A stretch of 64,000 nt of DNA, taken from NCBI GenBank assembly GCA_051294375.1, contig CM119266.1, positions 2,783,812 through 2,847,811 on the forward strand, read 5' to 3'. Position 1 is the first letter of the stretch. Every line of letters begins with the position of its first letter. The stretch comes from Paraspadella gotoi (Eukaryota; Animalia; Chaetognatha). The notes beneath the pieces were generated by a model that had not been told where the DNA came from, did no database searches, and saw nothing but the letters and a program-made list of their open reading frames with translations. This document shows positions 1 to 25,650 of the stretch, piece by piece. Position numbers and translations under genes: made by a program.

Positions 1-2037
1 AAATATTATGTACAAATTATGTTTTTTCTGTGTTTTTCTTTTACACGAGTTACATTTAGTTGCCGGATATCTCGGATATCTATTGAAAATTATAAAATTA
101 AACTAACGTAGACGAGAATCTCGCTTAAAAAAAAATTCAACATTTTTCTAATAGAGAATTCCGTTCAAATCTGACTACCCAAATTGCAAACGCGTTTGCC
201 AGAAATTCGGTTAAAAAACACTTGTAAAAACGCACGATTCCGAGAGTGTTACATCTGAAGAGCTTGTCCTATTCGTTTTATGGCATTTGATAAAGGATTT
301 AATATCAAACAAGCCAGGGGAAATGCACTACTCATCTCCAGAGAATTTTCAAACCTCATTTTTACTATAGAAATGAAAGGGAAAGTTTACAAACTTCAAA
401 TTGCAAACGGGATTGCAATATGTTCCTGTTACATGAGCGACTTCGAATTTCGTGATTCTGATAGCTTTGTGTCTGAAGAGCTTGTCCTATTTTCCTTTTT
501 TCATTTTATAATGATTTTGACTTAAAATGATCAGGTTTAAATGAAATAGTCCGGTTTGAATCGCGAAATTTTTATTTAAAAAGAAATTAAAAGGAAGGTT
601 GAGAAAAAAACTGATTTTTCCTAATATCTTTTGAAGGAATAAAGATAAAGGGATGGTAATAGTACCAAAATGAAGCCATAATCATAGGGCACATACAAGA
701 TACAATTTTAGAATTACTTATGCTGAAACCTCCTTACAGGGTGAGTGTCAAACTAAGTCAAAATTATAATGAATTTTAAAACTAATGACACCCTATAAGA
801 ATAAATGAAAATTTAATTCTTATTAATGATTCTGAAAGAAAAAAGGCTAAATTGTACTCTAGTAAAACTTTAAAGTTTTTTGGATAATGAAAATGTGAAT
901 TTTGTGTCACTTAAATATTTGCTTGTCTGATTTTACAAGCATGGCTTACAAATTCTACAAAATATTATTCACCCCATCACAGCCTAAGTATTTATCTTTC
1001 TTTTCCACCAGCAAAAAGTAAACATTATTTTATGCTAGAGAACAGGGATGTTTACTGAAATGAGCCGGAAGACATTCAACTTCTTCACTTTACTGTCATT
1101 TTTCAATAATAAAATAGGCGAATTTTTTAATTATTTAACTCTCACAGGCTTCACAAGACATTATATTTTCATAATATCCAATTTAATGTAATTTATTATA
1201 TTTTTTACCCAGAAATCATAAAATAACAGAAAGTTGTGGATTCCCTTCGCTCGTTTAAGAAAAAAAAAATAATACTGCGAATTATAAGTTGTAAGAGGAA
1301 GTCAGAATCGGCGAAAATCTTAAAAGCGCGAAATGTTGAAAAAAAGGGGTGGAATTTTGTTGGGTTTCCTAAGATTTTTCCACCAATGTGAGGTCCGATT
1401 AAAGCGAAACTTGAGATTTACATATTCCGTCATTCACATCTATCGATACAAAATATAAGAAAAAGTCTGGCTCTTTCTATAGCGGCTCCTAACTAACGAG
1501 TTCCTTTGATTTTCATTCTGTCATTCTGAAAATTGAATCCCGTCTCTCTCTGCTCTCCCTTTCCTTCATTCAAGCCCCCAACCCCCACTACCCGCTCCAC
1601 CAACATGGCCACCATCGTCCGCTCTCTTTTCGCGCCTTTGCTCGGGCGCGCCCTCTAGAAACAAAAGCCACCGCCAGGGCACCCTCCATTCGAAACGGAG
1701 GCGACGCTTCGGACGGTTGGCGCTCTCGGCCGGTGGCTGCGTTGCGTCACGACGCCGCCGCCGCCAAAAACTCTTCTCCCCTTCCACATCAAAAGATTCA
1801 CTGTGGAAGACGGAAACGCCGCGGCACGCCGCCTGGGGAGAACGCCGGACGCCGCCGCCGCGGAAAGAAGCGCGCCGGGCGACGCCGCTTAGATCTGGGA
1901 CGCTTTCTCGCGCCTGGCGGGGGACGGCACGAAATGGAGAGTGCGATGACGACGACGACGACGACGAACCCAAAATCTTCGTGGGAGAGACGGAGAAGCG
2001 ACGGCCGAGTCGAGGGTCGCCCAAAGCCAATTTACAG

Positions 2038-4265
2038 ATGGAAAGGACAACGACGACGACGACGACGTATAAAAAACAAACACCGGAAAAGCGAAACAAC
2101 GATGAGGACGATGACATCGCTGGCATAGAAATCTGCTTCGATGACGAAGAAACAAAAGAAAACGTTCGTGAAAACCCGGATGTAATAAAAGAAGCCAAAC
2201 CTAACCAGGATGTAGTCGAAGAGAAAAAGGAGAAGGGAAAAGAAAAGTCTTGGAGAGAGATGTTGACGTCCGTGGGGAAGAGGAGTAGGAGAAAAAAGGA
2301 GGAAGCGTCGATCGAAAAGGACCGGATGAATGCCAATGAGGAGAATGGGGAGGAGAAGGGGGAAGAGGACGAGGAAGTGAAAGGGGCGATGGCCGCGGCG
2401 CCGGAAGAAGAGTCAGAGTCGGCGGCGGAACCGGATCCCGCGCGAGAGGCGTCCCTTTCGAGACGAGGTGAGTAAGGATAAAGATCTCACTCTCCCCTTT
2501 TCATTCCCATTCCCTTTTGCTCCTTTTCCTCCGCCTTTTCATTTCGTCGAAAGCCAAATTCTTTCTTCTTCCCCTTCAGCTTAAGTCCCCCCCCCTCCCC
2601 AGCGGCCTCCCAATCTTCCGATGCCAAAATCGACCCGGGATTTAGTTGATGGCCAATGGTCGATTGTGAAACTGAAAGTTGTGTGAAAGTCGCTTTGGCG
2701 TTTTGGTCCTGACCAGAAAAAGGCCATTTTTTGGGTTGCTGCTGGGAGATGGATAATTTTGGGCATAGGACAATCTAGTTTTATTTTTGAGCAAATCCAG
2801 GTTATTGGTTGGCATCTTAAGTAAAATTCAACCGCTAATATGCGTATTTTATTACTCGTAATTAACCAATAACCAAATTTGTTATGACCGTTACGTTATT
2901 TGTATTTGAAACTAGAAGTTTTTTTTCAGACGGCAACTTTCCGACGTCTAAATCGTCGGTGCTGCTTTCGGGAAGCGGCGAACGGAGCCTCACCTCGACG
3001 GAGGACTTACCTGAAGGTCAGACGATATTTTTAATCGTTGTGAACTCACGCTCTGAGCAAACATCGGACAGTTCGCTCTATTGTCTCTTCTTTCCAGATT
3101 CCCTCGCCCACGCCATGCTCTCCATGCCCACCTCAAAATCCGTCGGCGCCATCTCGTCCCTGTCAGCCGGAAGTGGGCGTGGCGGCGCCAGAGGTGGCGC
3201 CATGCCTCGTTCAAGATCGAGCGGTCTAGTCCGGCAAAAGCGTCTCATGAAGGAGTTGGCCGATTTGCAAAAGCGACAGGTAAGTAATGAATGGTTTTAC
3301 CAATTTCATACTAATACTAATCAGGATTTAATTTAATGTTATTATTACGCACTTTCTTCTATAAAAATAATTTGTATTTGAGTGGTTTACCTTATCTTTT
3401 TCACCTTTTTAACAATAGGCAAAGTGGACTGACCCCATTTTTCAAGTTGAGTTGAACGAGGAAAATCTCTTCGATTGGAACGTGAAACTTTTCAAGGTAT
3501 GGAGTCAACTTCTATTTTTTTTTAATTTAGTAAAGAATTTTTTTTTTAAATCCACGCTCGCACGTGGATAATTTATTTTTCTTTGGTTGTTATGAAAGAA
3601 AGACTCGATTATTAATATCGATTTGCGAGACAACCTATTATCAAAAACGATGTTGAAGTTCTTTTATGAGCCGACTGTCTCACGCTTTCACAAATCCTAT
3701 CAATCACAATCACTCCTTTTTTTCGCGCTATAGATTTTCTTATTCGATTTTCTTCTTATTATTATTAAACCTTCGAATTATGCAATAATTTATCTTCTTT
3801 ATAGCTGTCTGATCACAAGAATTGAATAAAAAAATTGAATAACAAATTGAATAACAACAGCTTTCATTATTCCCCGCCAATGTCGGCGCGTGAATTATGG
3901 CATGCTTTCTATATTGCCGCGATGCGTCTTTGTGAAATAGTTATTATTGAAATGTATTTATTTTAAAACTAGAATCTTATAAATACATGATAATCAATAC
4001 CAAGAAAATATTCCTTCTATTTATTCTTTAGGACTAAAACATGAAACATTCGAGTTTTATTATTATCATTTAAATATAGACGCATCGTTGATTAAACCGG
4101 TTGTTATTTTTCGCATATAATCTCGTTTCAACTGCGGCTCCGCTTTATAGACAATGAAACTTTTTATAAGTCGCCACTTGCGTAATCAGGAAAGATTATT
4201 GGAAAGAACAACGCGTAAGCATTTTATAAGCAATGCGATTATACGGCGATCCGTGATTTTTAATA

Positions 4266-4337
<72 letters not shown>

Positions 4338-4352
4338 AAAGAAAGAAAGAAA

Positions 4353-4385
<33 letters not shown>

Positions 4386-5525
4386 ATGACATGAATGAAT
4401 GAATGAATGAATGAATGAATGAATGAATGAATGAATGAAAGCCGGAATCTAAGAAAGAAAAAAAATGAAAATTATTATCATCACGTTATTAAAAAAGAAT
4501 TTTCAATTTAATCGCGTTCGAATTTGTTGCCGAGTTTCTGAGTTGACCGTGTATAATATGTATATAATATGTATAATATGTATAAAATATATAACCAAAC
4601 TTTCCCCCTTACCCTTCTCTTCCTCCCTCCTCCCCCCGCATCAGGTGGACCCCGAGTCTTTCCTCTTCATCGACATGGTGGAGACCGGAACCAAATTCAT
4701 CCTTCTCAACCTCACCTTTCCCGAGAACTTCCCCTTTTCCCCTCCGTTCATGAGGGTCGTCTCGCCCAGAATAGAAAACGGGTTGGTGTACCCAGATTAT
4801 GGCCCGGGGGGGGGGATTGTCGCGAAAGTCGGAAGAGCGATTCGCTCGGATTGAATCCCCCTCGTTAGCGTCGCTCTTTCGCCTCGAGTTGCCTGGACAA
4901 CGACGTCCCTTCTGGGAATATACGTATCAATATTGTTGAACATTGTATTTGTAATCGACCTTTATAAAATATACTTTTGGGTCGGTCTGTGTTTTTGCAT
5001 ATCTTTCCAAAGATACTATATGAAAAATATAAATTTTAAATGCATAATTTATAGTGTAAAAAAAACTTTGTAAAACTTTGTTTCAAAATTTCTTTTTGTC
5101 TCTGAAAAAAAACTTGAGTATAATGCTGCATATATATTTATATTTTAGCTTAATAACAAATTTCTAACTAACATTTTTAGCTAAATTTTTTCACGAAGTA
5201 CTTAGAATTTATTTTTAATTACCCCCCCCTACACGTTCTCCCTCGTCCCTCCCCTTCGGCACTCATCCCACCGAAAAACAGGTTCGTCCTCGACGGCGGC
5301 GCCATCTGCATGGAGCTCCTCACCCCCAAGGGTTGGTCGTCCGCCTACACGATCGAAGCCATCGTCCTTCAGTTCGCTGCCTCCGTCGTCAGGGGCGAAG
5401 GACGCCTCTACAAAAAGGGCAAGAACAAAGCCTTCAGCCGCAAGGACGCCGAGCTCACCTTCAAGAGCCTCGTCAAGACTCACGAGAAATACGGGTGGGT
5501 CACCCCGCCCATGGCCGACGGGTGA
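2038..5525 (+). CDS. UBE2QL1: Ubiquitin-conjugating enzyme E2Q-like protein 1 with a long disordered N-terminal extension (multi-exon; 5' end uncertain)
   Basis: Exons ~2038-2467, ~2930-3016, ~3098-3279, ~3419-3496, 4645-4781 and 5282-5525 splice (GT-AG) into KRLMKELADLQ...VELNEENLFDWNVKLFKVDPES...[55 protein letters not shown]...FKSLVKTHEKYGWVTPPMADG*. This closely follows the UBE2QL1 UBC domain, with the catalytic Cys in GAICMELL intact. Confidence 0.93.
4266..4438. repeat. Compound microsatellite (AAAG)n followed by (GAAT)n, intronic
   Basis: Directly visible; explains the KKER and FFLS ORFs. Confidence 0.95.
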
Positions 5526-6191
5526 GGCCAAGGAGAACAAGGGGGAGAGAGCCTTACCTTTTCGGGATCCCTTTTCCGGGATTAATAGTCCTTACGCAAT
5601 TGATCTCGTCCCATCCTTTTTTTCCCCCCCTTTCCCTTCTCCCTTTTACACTTTCACGCTAAAAAGTTTTATCAATTTTATTTTACGATTCTCGCGATCT
5701 CACTTATGGATTCGTCTCAAAATGTATTTAGTCTATCAATAGTTTTATCAATATGTATATTTGTTTTTTAAAGAGGGGATAATAACTACGAAACAACCGG
5801 ATTTTTTCATACCTTCGACCCGGTCGATTTTGGATCCTAGTTTTTTGACATTAAAAGAAAAACTTAAATCTTAATATTTGAAGAATGACGTTGACGTTTG
5901 ATTTTTCGAATTAATGGTTGGTTGATCAAAGGGATTGGTTCGTATTAATTCATAAGGGAGGGTTTTGAAACTCCTCTGAGCCTCTCTGACCGAAAACGGT
6001 TGAACCGACCTTCGCTTTATAGTCTATCGATTTGTTTTTCTGGACTCGAGAGACGAGAAAGAAATTATTAATCCACGTTAGTTTAGCGTCCATCTTTTTT
6101 TTCTCGTCAAATTTAGACGTGTACTATTAGCACCGAAATTTTAACGAAGAAAAAAAAAACACTGGGAGCTTTTTTTTTTAATTATCAGGTC

Positions 6192-6231
<40 letters not shown>

Positions 6232-7373
6232 TGCTTGACGTATCCCTTTTTATATACAATCATTACACCTTCACGCCTTTTATTCCATACATTTGGACGC
6301 CTCGGTTTTTCGATTTTTTTGAAAACATTTTTTCTATCATTCTCAAACGGTCCGAATCTCCCGCCGAGAAAGAAATTTATTTTTCGTTGAGACGAAAGAT
6401 AAACAAATTTATCGGCTTCGTAGAGTTTGAACTTTGACGTTTAGTTTTCTCTTGGTTATTTAGGATACTATCTTTCATATTTTTTTAAAACCTTTTCCAT
6501 TTTCTGACGATCGTGTTAACCTTTCTGGTTTTTTGGTTTTTTTTTTTTGGTTTTTTTAAACTGGGACACTAGAATAGAAGTTGATTTCTCTCGTGAAACT
6601 GACATTTTCGAGATTTCTGTCTTTTTTTAAACATAATGTCATTCGCGCGTTTTAACTTTATTTCGTTGATCTTTTGTCTAAAAACGAACTTTTTTTAATG
6701 TGACGAAGAAACCAACCGCGTCTGTCAATATTGACCATATCGTTGTAAAATTTTTAATCTTAGTCATGTGACCCTACAATACCAAATTATGAAAAACGGT
6801 GTCTATTTTTTTTCTGTAACCGTTAAAGTAAAAAAAAATTTGGAGCTAGTTCATTTGTAGCGATAGTTGCAATAAAACAAGTTTAATCATGATTATATAT
6901 AATTTGGAACAAAACAAGTTGGGTAAGGGATTTGTCATTTGAGGATTTGAGAAATTAAAGGAAAAAAAATTAGATTGTTAATAACCAGCATTCAGAATAT
7001 CCATTTACAGTTTATTAGTTACATTCATAGTCCATTCTTTAATCTCTTAGTTAAGATATCTATATACGTAACTATAAAACTAATCCGTGCACGTCAAAAA
7101 AAAAGAGTTAATTATAATTCGGTTAATGTCATAGAAAACTTTGACAGCGTTTGTACAAATTCTATTTTACACGTGGTGTCTACTAGGGAACGTAATAATG
7201 AAAAAGTAATGAAAAAAAAAAATCAAGTTCATTAACGAATTATACATTGTTGGATTAAAAGACGAGGGCGATGGTAATGAGACGACGACGACGAAACGAG
7301 ATTGCAGATTGTCTCCATCTCTGTTCAATTACGCGCGGAGCCGAAGAAGCGAAAACTGCGTCGTTGTCATCGT

Positions 7374-19127
<11,754 letters not shown>

Positions 19128-20211
19128 TGTGTAGGAAATGTCTTCCTCGTTTTCGCTACTAATAAACCACATGGCATTAAATGTTGTTGTTGTTGTTAGT
19201 TTTTTTCTAATTTCGATTGCAAAAACAAAAAAAAAAAAAAAAAATCAAATTTTGCGTTTTTTTTTCTGAATTGTTCTTAGTTCAAGTTTTGAAATTGAAA
19301 AAAATGTTTTTGAGATTTGATCTCTTTTGTGTTTATGAATAGAAAATGAAAGAGAGAGAAACAAAAGGAGGAAGAGAGAGGGGAGAGAGAGAGAGAGAGA
19401 ATTTTATTGACAAAAATAAAGAAATAATATATCCATAAATTTCCAACTTTCGAGACTTAAAGTTTAAAGAATAGACACTTAGGGCTTGACTTCCTCCCCT
19501 TTCCCTCACGAGCGCATTCAGCCAATCGCGGCCACCAAAGTCATTCTTCACTGACGCTCCTGAATCGGCTAAATCGAGAAAAACCCCTCGATGGGATAAA
19601 TCGTGAAAAACCCGTCAAAGGTTACCTTATTTATTGTCAACCTTTGTCTAAGTTCAAAGCCTTTAAATTTTCGCGTACAATCGTAGTCCTTTTTCAATTT
19701 TGATATTTTGTTTTCTCTTTTATTGTTAGGGTTACAAAGCGAATATTACTTTCGCTTTCTGGATCAATGAAAATGTACCGTAAGTTCATAACGTCTTTAT
19801 CAAAGTTGTTTTTCTTTATAGTAACGTTTTTAGTTGCGTCGTTAGAATTCGTTGTGAAATCCCGACTCGGGACGAGTTTACGACAATTTTAGAGAAAAAA
19901 AATCAAATTGAAGAAAAAAAGAAGCGACGGTAAATCTGGTCGAAATGGCAAAATGAAATGGCTAAATGAAATGGCAATCGGGAGCCCGAATCAAAAGATT
20001 CTTTCTTTCTTTTTTTTTTTTTTAGGGAAAAAAAGAATTGTTGGTTGTCGGGGTTCGGGGGGAGAGATGGATGGGAGGTTGGCTGAAGACTGTGGAAAGG
20101 GGGGAAGGTGTAGCTGGGGTTGCTGGGGTAGATGGGGTAGCTGGGGTAGCCGCCATCAAAACGACAGTTTATATCAACAAATTTTAAAACAAAGTCTCTT
20201 CGATTTTTTTT

Positions 20212-20250
<39 letters not shown>

Positions 20251-22202
20251 CTGTTTCTTTTTTTTTCTCTTTCTGTCGTTTTTTTTCTTAATTCAGCAAT
20301 GTCTAATTTATTTATTCATTTTTAGCCGGATCTGCTTTTCGCATTTTCCAGTTCTATAATTAATTTTGTCGGTCCGTCGTGCCCACCTCACAATATTCAA
20401 TAAGAACATTGAATTATGATAAATAATGCAAAAAATTGTAATGTCTATCCGTCTCTCCTTAGCTTTGAACATCAAAAGAGTAGACACTAGACACTAGACA
20501 CTAGACACTAGACATACTAGACAAGGCTATTGACTTAAAAATGTTGTGTGTGGGTAAAAAAAAGCTGTAAAATATAACTATCGAAAGTAAATTGTATTAA
20601 ATACAAAAATAGATTGTAAGATTAATTAAATGATCGTTGGCAGATCCGGCATTGCTTGCTCAAACATGTTCCTTATAGTATTCTTGTTGTTGAGAAACCT
20701 CCCAGCCCTCACTCCCTCCCTCCTCTCCTTTCACCGCTTACCATCCACTCGAGAAAAAAAAATGTCTTTAAAAAAAAATCTTTTGCCAATTAATATCTTT
20801 TTTTATTTTATAAAGGGAAGGTAGAGAGAGATACTTCTCTTTCCGCTCCGTGAACCTTTTTTTTTGATGTATTGAGAAACGAGATATAAAAATGGAAGAC
20901 GACTTGAATTCTTACATAAATAAGGCATGTTGATTAAACAAAGGGGATCGAAGCGGGCGCCGGGATCGAGGGGCTATGGGGCGCTTTGAGGGCAGCGCCG
21001 ACCACTTTCGGGTTGCGTCGGGAGCAGCGTCGACCGTTATGAGGCGCTAGAGGGCATCGCCGACTGCTCTGGAGCTCTAGAAAGGGGGCGGGTTTACCCA
21101 CTGATATTGGCGGCTAGTGGCTAATGTAAAAAAAAATTAGGAATCTTCGCGGCTGAATGCGGCTCTTAAGACTCGTTGGGACAAATTATCCAAGAGAAAT
21201 CCCATCGACGTTCTGCTGCGCACTCTATCTCACACACACACCGACTCTATCTCACACACACCGACAAATTCTCACAAACCGAGTATCGCGGAAACATAAT
21301 GAATGATGGATGAAGTCTTACTATCGAATTTGAAGGCTTCCTTTATTTATATTGAATTGTTTTTAGTTCAGTTATCGAAGCAGCGAGGGCGCTTCAACAT
21401 CGTCAATAATTTTTAAAGCTTGTTAACGTAACGCCCTAATTTTGCTCTTGTTGTGACGAAAGTTTTTTTTTTGGGGCGGTGCGACTAAGAATGTTTCTAC
21501 TGTTTCGCATACAAAACTTAAATTTTATGTTCGGAAAATTGTAAAAATTACTTGTTTTACTATTTTAATCTCAATAAAAAAAAATTGGCTTTAAAATATT
21601 TGTAATGTGATGGGGAGAGGGATGTGTGCCCTAGGTTTCTAGTTAGATAATAAATAGAGTTTACGAATGTCGCTTTTATCATTTTTTTGTGTTCTGAGGT
21701 CTCATTGGTGGGAGACATTTACATACATACAAACTGAAAGTTCTAGTGATGTGATGCTTGTGGGAGGATTTTCGATACTTTTTTCTCGCCACGAAAATAG
21801 TAAATTTTACAAGCATTTACTAACGAAACTGCTACTAACTGTATATACTTTAAGAAAGAACCGTTTTTATCCCCTAGTATGACTTACCTAAACTTACTTT
21901 TATCCACGGAAGTTTTTGTCATTCGACGAAGTAGAATTAACGTCCGTTTCGGTTCGACGCCATGGCGCAATTGTGGAAGGAACGGCGAAGACAAGACGAA
22001 GACGAAGACAAGACGACGCGGTCAAGCAGAAAATATCGAGAAAAGTCTAATCCCGAGTCTAAGAACAAATTGAGATTAAACTGATTTAAAGAGTCAAGCG
22101 ATAGTCTGACTTTTCGGACGAAGGGACGGCAAGGATAAGGAAAGACGCGACATTTCCAAGGTTTTGGAGAGAAGAGAGAAAGAGGAGAGAGAGAGAAGAG
22201 AG

Positions 22203-22244
<42 letters not shown>

Positions 22245-23954
22245 CCCGTGAAAATCCATGGTGTGGCGAGGGAAGATTCCCCTTCCCCTTCTTCTTCCCG
22301 ATTTGTTATTACTTGGCAGAAGCGAGAACGTCGATAAACAATTAAAATAAACATTTTCTTTCTTAAAAACCGCGAAGCCGAGAAAATCGCGCGGACAAAG
22401 GAATTCGCAGTTCGTAGTATTTTGTCCTTGAAATCACGAACTGAGGCTGCGAAACAAATCACGCACGAATCGAACGAGACCATTTTCCTAACCAACAAAC
22501 ATCACCAATCACCAAGCATCTCCTAAACCAATCACCAAAAATCTTCTCAACCAATCATTCCATATTAGGTTCTTCGTTTTCTCCTCAAATTTTTCGAGAA
22601 CATCTCTGATTGTTGTTGTTGTTGTTGTTGCGAATCGGAGACGGAGTCTAAGGTTAATCGACTCCATGAATTTCGCGCGCTGAGGAAGAGCAAGAGGAAA
22701 AAGATGGGTCGATCAAATCCAATCCAATCTGTTTACATTTTTTCATTACAATTTCGCGACTCTTATCTCCCGATCGCCCCCGGGTTTTTTTTTTTTTTTT
22801 TTACAACGCCTTCTTCCCGATTCTTCTTGCATACTCTTGGCTACTATTTGTTTCAAGTTGTCTCAATGGCCTGCACAATGCACATACCTGAGCCCTCGTT
22901 TTGCCAATTTATAGTTTCACTTACAGATATTAGCCTTCACACTCTCAAACATTTAGAAAAAAAGTTAAACTAAAAGTTCACTTTTCCTTCGTATTTCATA
23001 ACTTGGCTCCTCTCTTATCTCTTATCCCTTCTTTGTAATTAGTTTTTTTCCCCTTCGCCTCACCCTAAGAGGATCCATCAGCTTCTCTCGTTTTTCTCTC
23101 TATAAAAGGTTTATTATCATGACTCCCCCAACACAACTCGCCTTTTCAGGCGCCTCAGCTTCGCCTTAAAAAAAAAGCATTCGTCTTGATAGATCCGAAC
23201 CTTGCCTCCATTTTTTTCTTCCTCTCCACCAACAAGCTGACCTCTTTTTTGACCCGACAATCTCCACTACTATTTATGACCTTCTTCCCCTCACCTCCCT
23301 TCGCATATTCGCCCCACCCTCCCATCCACCGCCGTTACCTACTACACCATGACCCCATGCTCCCTTTTTCGACCTGACCCACTCCACTATGAGTCATGAC
23401 CTCCCTCGCTCCCCTTCGATTAATCCGAGTCGTGGTTTTCTTCCCTAAACATTTTCCTCCGAAGAATAACCGGAGGCAATGGCCGGGTAGAAACCGCCCC
23501 CGTGAAGCCGCGGGGCCGCAGCGCCGCCGCGCGGGGGAATTCCGCGGCTAAACAAAAGGGAAATGCGAAGGAAAAATAGTAAAACTAAAAGCTGATTCCT
23601 TATCACCTGATTTTTTGTTTAATTTTTATCTTTTTACAATAAATACTCTCTAATTTTTTAATATAATCACTAAGCTCGCTGATGTTTATAGTTTAATTTC
23701 TCAAAAAAAAAAAAAAAAAAAATTACTTAAGCTCATTAATAGTCTAAAGTTGCCGAAATCTCTTTTCGGGATACACAGTTTCGAACCCGGAACTCTCCCC
23801 AACCGGAGTGAAGTTCCGCCGCGGGGGCGAAAAGCTTCTGGCAAAGATTAAAAGCCGCGCAAAAGCCCCAAATCAGCGGCGGCGGCAAAAATCTTCTTCT
23901 AAGCACGAATCGTCGTTTAGGGTTTGGTGGGGGGGGGCAGAAAGGGGGGATAGG

Positions 23955-24300
23955 AAGGGAGGCAGGGGGAGATTAGATATTAGGGGGGGAACAGAAAGGG
24001 GGGTAGAAGGAGGTTAGGGGGAGATTAGATTATTGGGAGGGGGACAAAGGGGGGGTTAGGAAGGGAGGTAGGGGGAGATTAGATTATTAGGGGGGGACAG
24101 AAAGGGAGGTAGGGGGAGATTAGATTATTGGGGGACAAAAGGGAGGTAGGGGAGATTAGATTATTAGGAGGGAAACAAAAGGGAGGTAGGAAGGAGGAGG
24201 GATTAGATTTTAGGGGGCGACAGAAAAGGAACGGATAGGGGGAGATAGATTATTAGGGGGGACATAAGAAAGGAGGGTAGGGGGAGTTAGATTATTGTTA
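23955..24300. repeat. G-rich ~40-bp minisatellite (GGGGGAGATTAGATTATTAGGGGGGACAGAAAGGGAGGTA-like), about 9 copies
   Basis: Recurrent GAGATTAGATTATT cores separated by G runs. Confidence 0.88.
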
Positions 24301-24613
24301 GAGAGGACTAAGAGCAGTAGAAGGGAAGAAAAGGACAGAACAGAGTTAGGTTTCGTGAGTGCGAAGGATAGATACGAAAACCGACCAACGACGATCGGTC
24401 GCTTTCCTTTTCAACTTGCCCTATATATCATTATTCGAAATAATTAAACAAGCGTAATTAATGAATTTTTCTATTCTCATCTTAAACGTTTTCACTTTTG
24501 CATCCCATCATTAGAATTTTCTCGCTCTTTTTCTTCCGCAAAATTCTACCATTGAGCCCCTGGCGACCCATCGACCTATCAACCCCGTACCCCATCAAAC
24601 CACGGCGGGGCCT

Positions 24614-25151
24614 TCATTCACCGACTCGGCTCCTGGCCGCCAACAGCCTCAGATGCTCCAATTGCTCCACGTTGGGTTCGAAGGACTCGAAACTCCGGCG
24701 ACGCATCTTCGTCTTCGTGACCGACTCTACGATAGAGACGAGATTCTCGCCGATGGAGTCCGTCATGCGCGACCAGATGAAGACGAAACGAAGGAGTCGG
24801 ACGATGAAGTAGAAGGGGATCACATCTCGGAGGACGGCGTCTTGGGAGAAGATGAGGGAAGAGGTGAGGCGAAGGACGCAGGGGAAAAGGGGCAAATGAT
24901 TAAAGTGAACGATGCTCCTTTAGCTCATTCGTTATTCACTTCCTCGCGTTCCCCAGCCAAACTCCATCTTTCTAAAAAAAAAAAAACTGACCGAAAAATG
25001 AGCCGACGAGAGAGTCGAGCCCCAAAGCGACCCAAAAGGCCGACCAGAGTTTGACGCCCTCTTCGTGGCTTCGTAGGACGGCGACGAAGGAGAAGAACGC
25101 CGCCGCCGCCACGCTCGACGCCGCCGTCAACGACTCCGCCGCCCACGGCAT
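24614..25151 (-). CDS. Small membrane protein, divergent REEP/TB2-DP1-HVA22-like, copy A
   Basis: Exons 25151-24992 and 24840-24614 (phase-1 intron) give MPWAAESL..AAFFSFVAVLRSHEEGVKLWSAFWVALGLDSLVGSFF-DAVLRDVIPFYFIVRLLRFVFIWS...GE*. Confidence 0.65.
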
Positions 25152-25650
25152 AGTCGAACAAAGGAAATTAAAAAACAAGAAAAGAAAAAGAAAAGAAAAA
25201 AAGAAAAGAAAAAATCCAGAAAAAAAGTTCTGGCGATGAGATATCTATGGAACGAATCTAACCCACGAACTTTGGAAAATTAAAAGTAAAACGAATTTAT
25301 ATAAACTCTTGTTTGGTTGAAGATTTGTTAGTTACTTTTACTTTCTTGTGCAAGAAATAAATCAATTGCATTTTTCGGCGCGATTCACTTGTTTATCTTT
25401 TCCTAACCCTTTTCGTAAGGCTTCACACAGATTTTATTACTTTATTTACTGCAATTTTATTTTTAAAAAAATATCCATCATTGCTCCCTTATGTGAATGT
25501 GCATTGTGCAACGGGTATTCTTCCCGGGAAAGGCGCTTTCGTTTATACGCGTCACTTCCACGATGGAGCTGGCCTGGCTTAATTCCATCAAAGACACGGT
25601 CTCTAACATCGATCAATCGCCAGCGTCTTTAGAAAGGGGCGTGGTCTCCA

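Noticed and set aside
250-500. CTGAAGAG motifs as hammerhead cores
   Set aside because: Part of a decayed ~220-bp duplication; no stem II or correctly placed GAAA follows.
1566-2336. 256-aa minus-strand ORF
   Set aside because: Antisense shadow of the GC-rich UBE2QL1 first exon.
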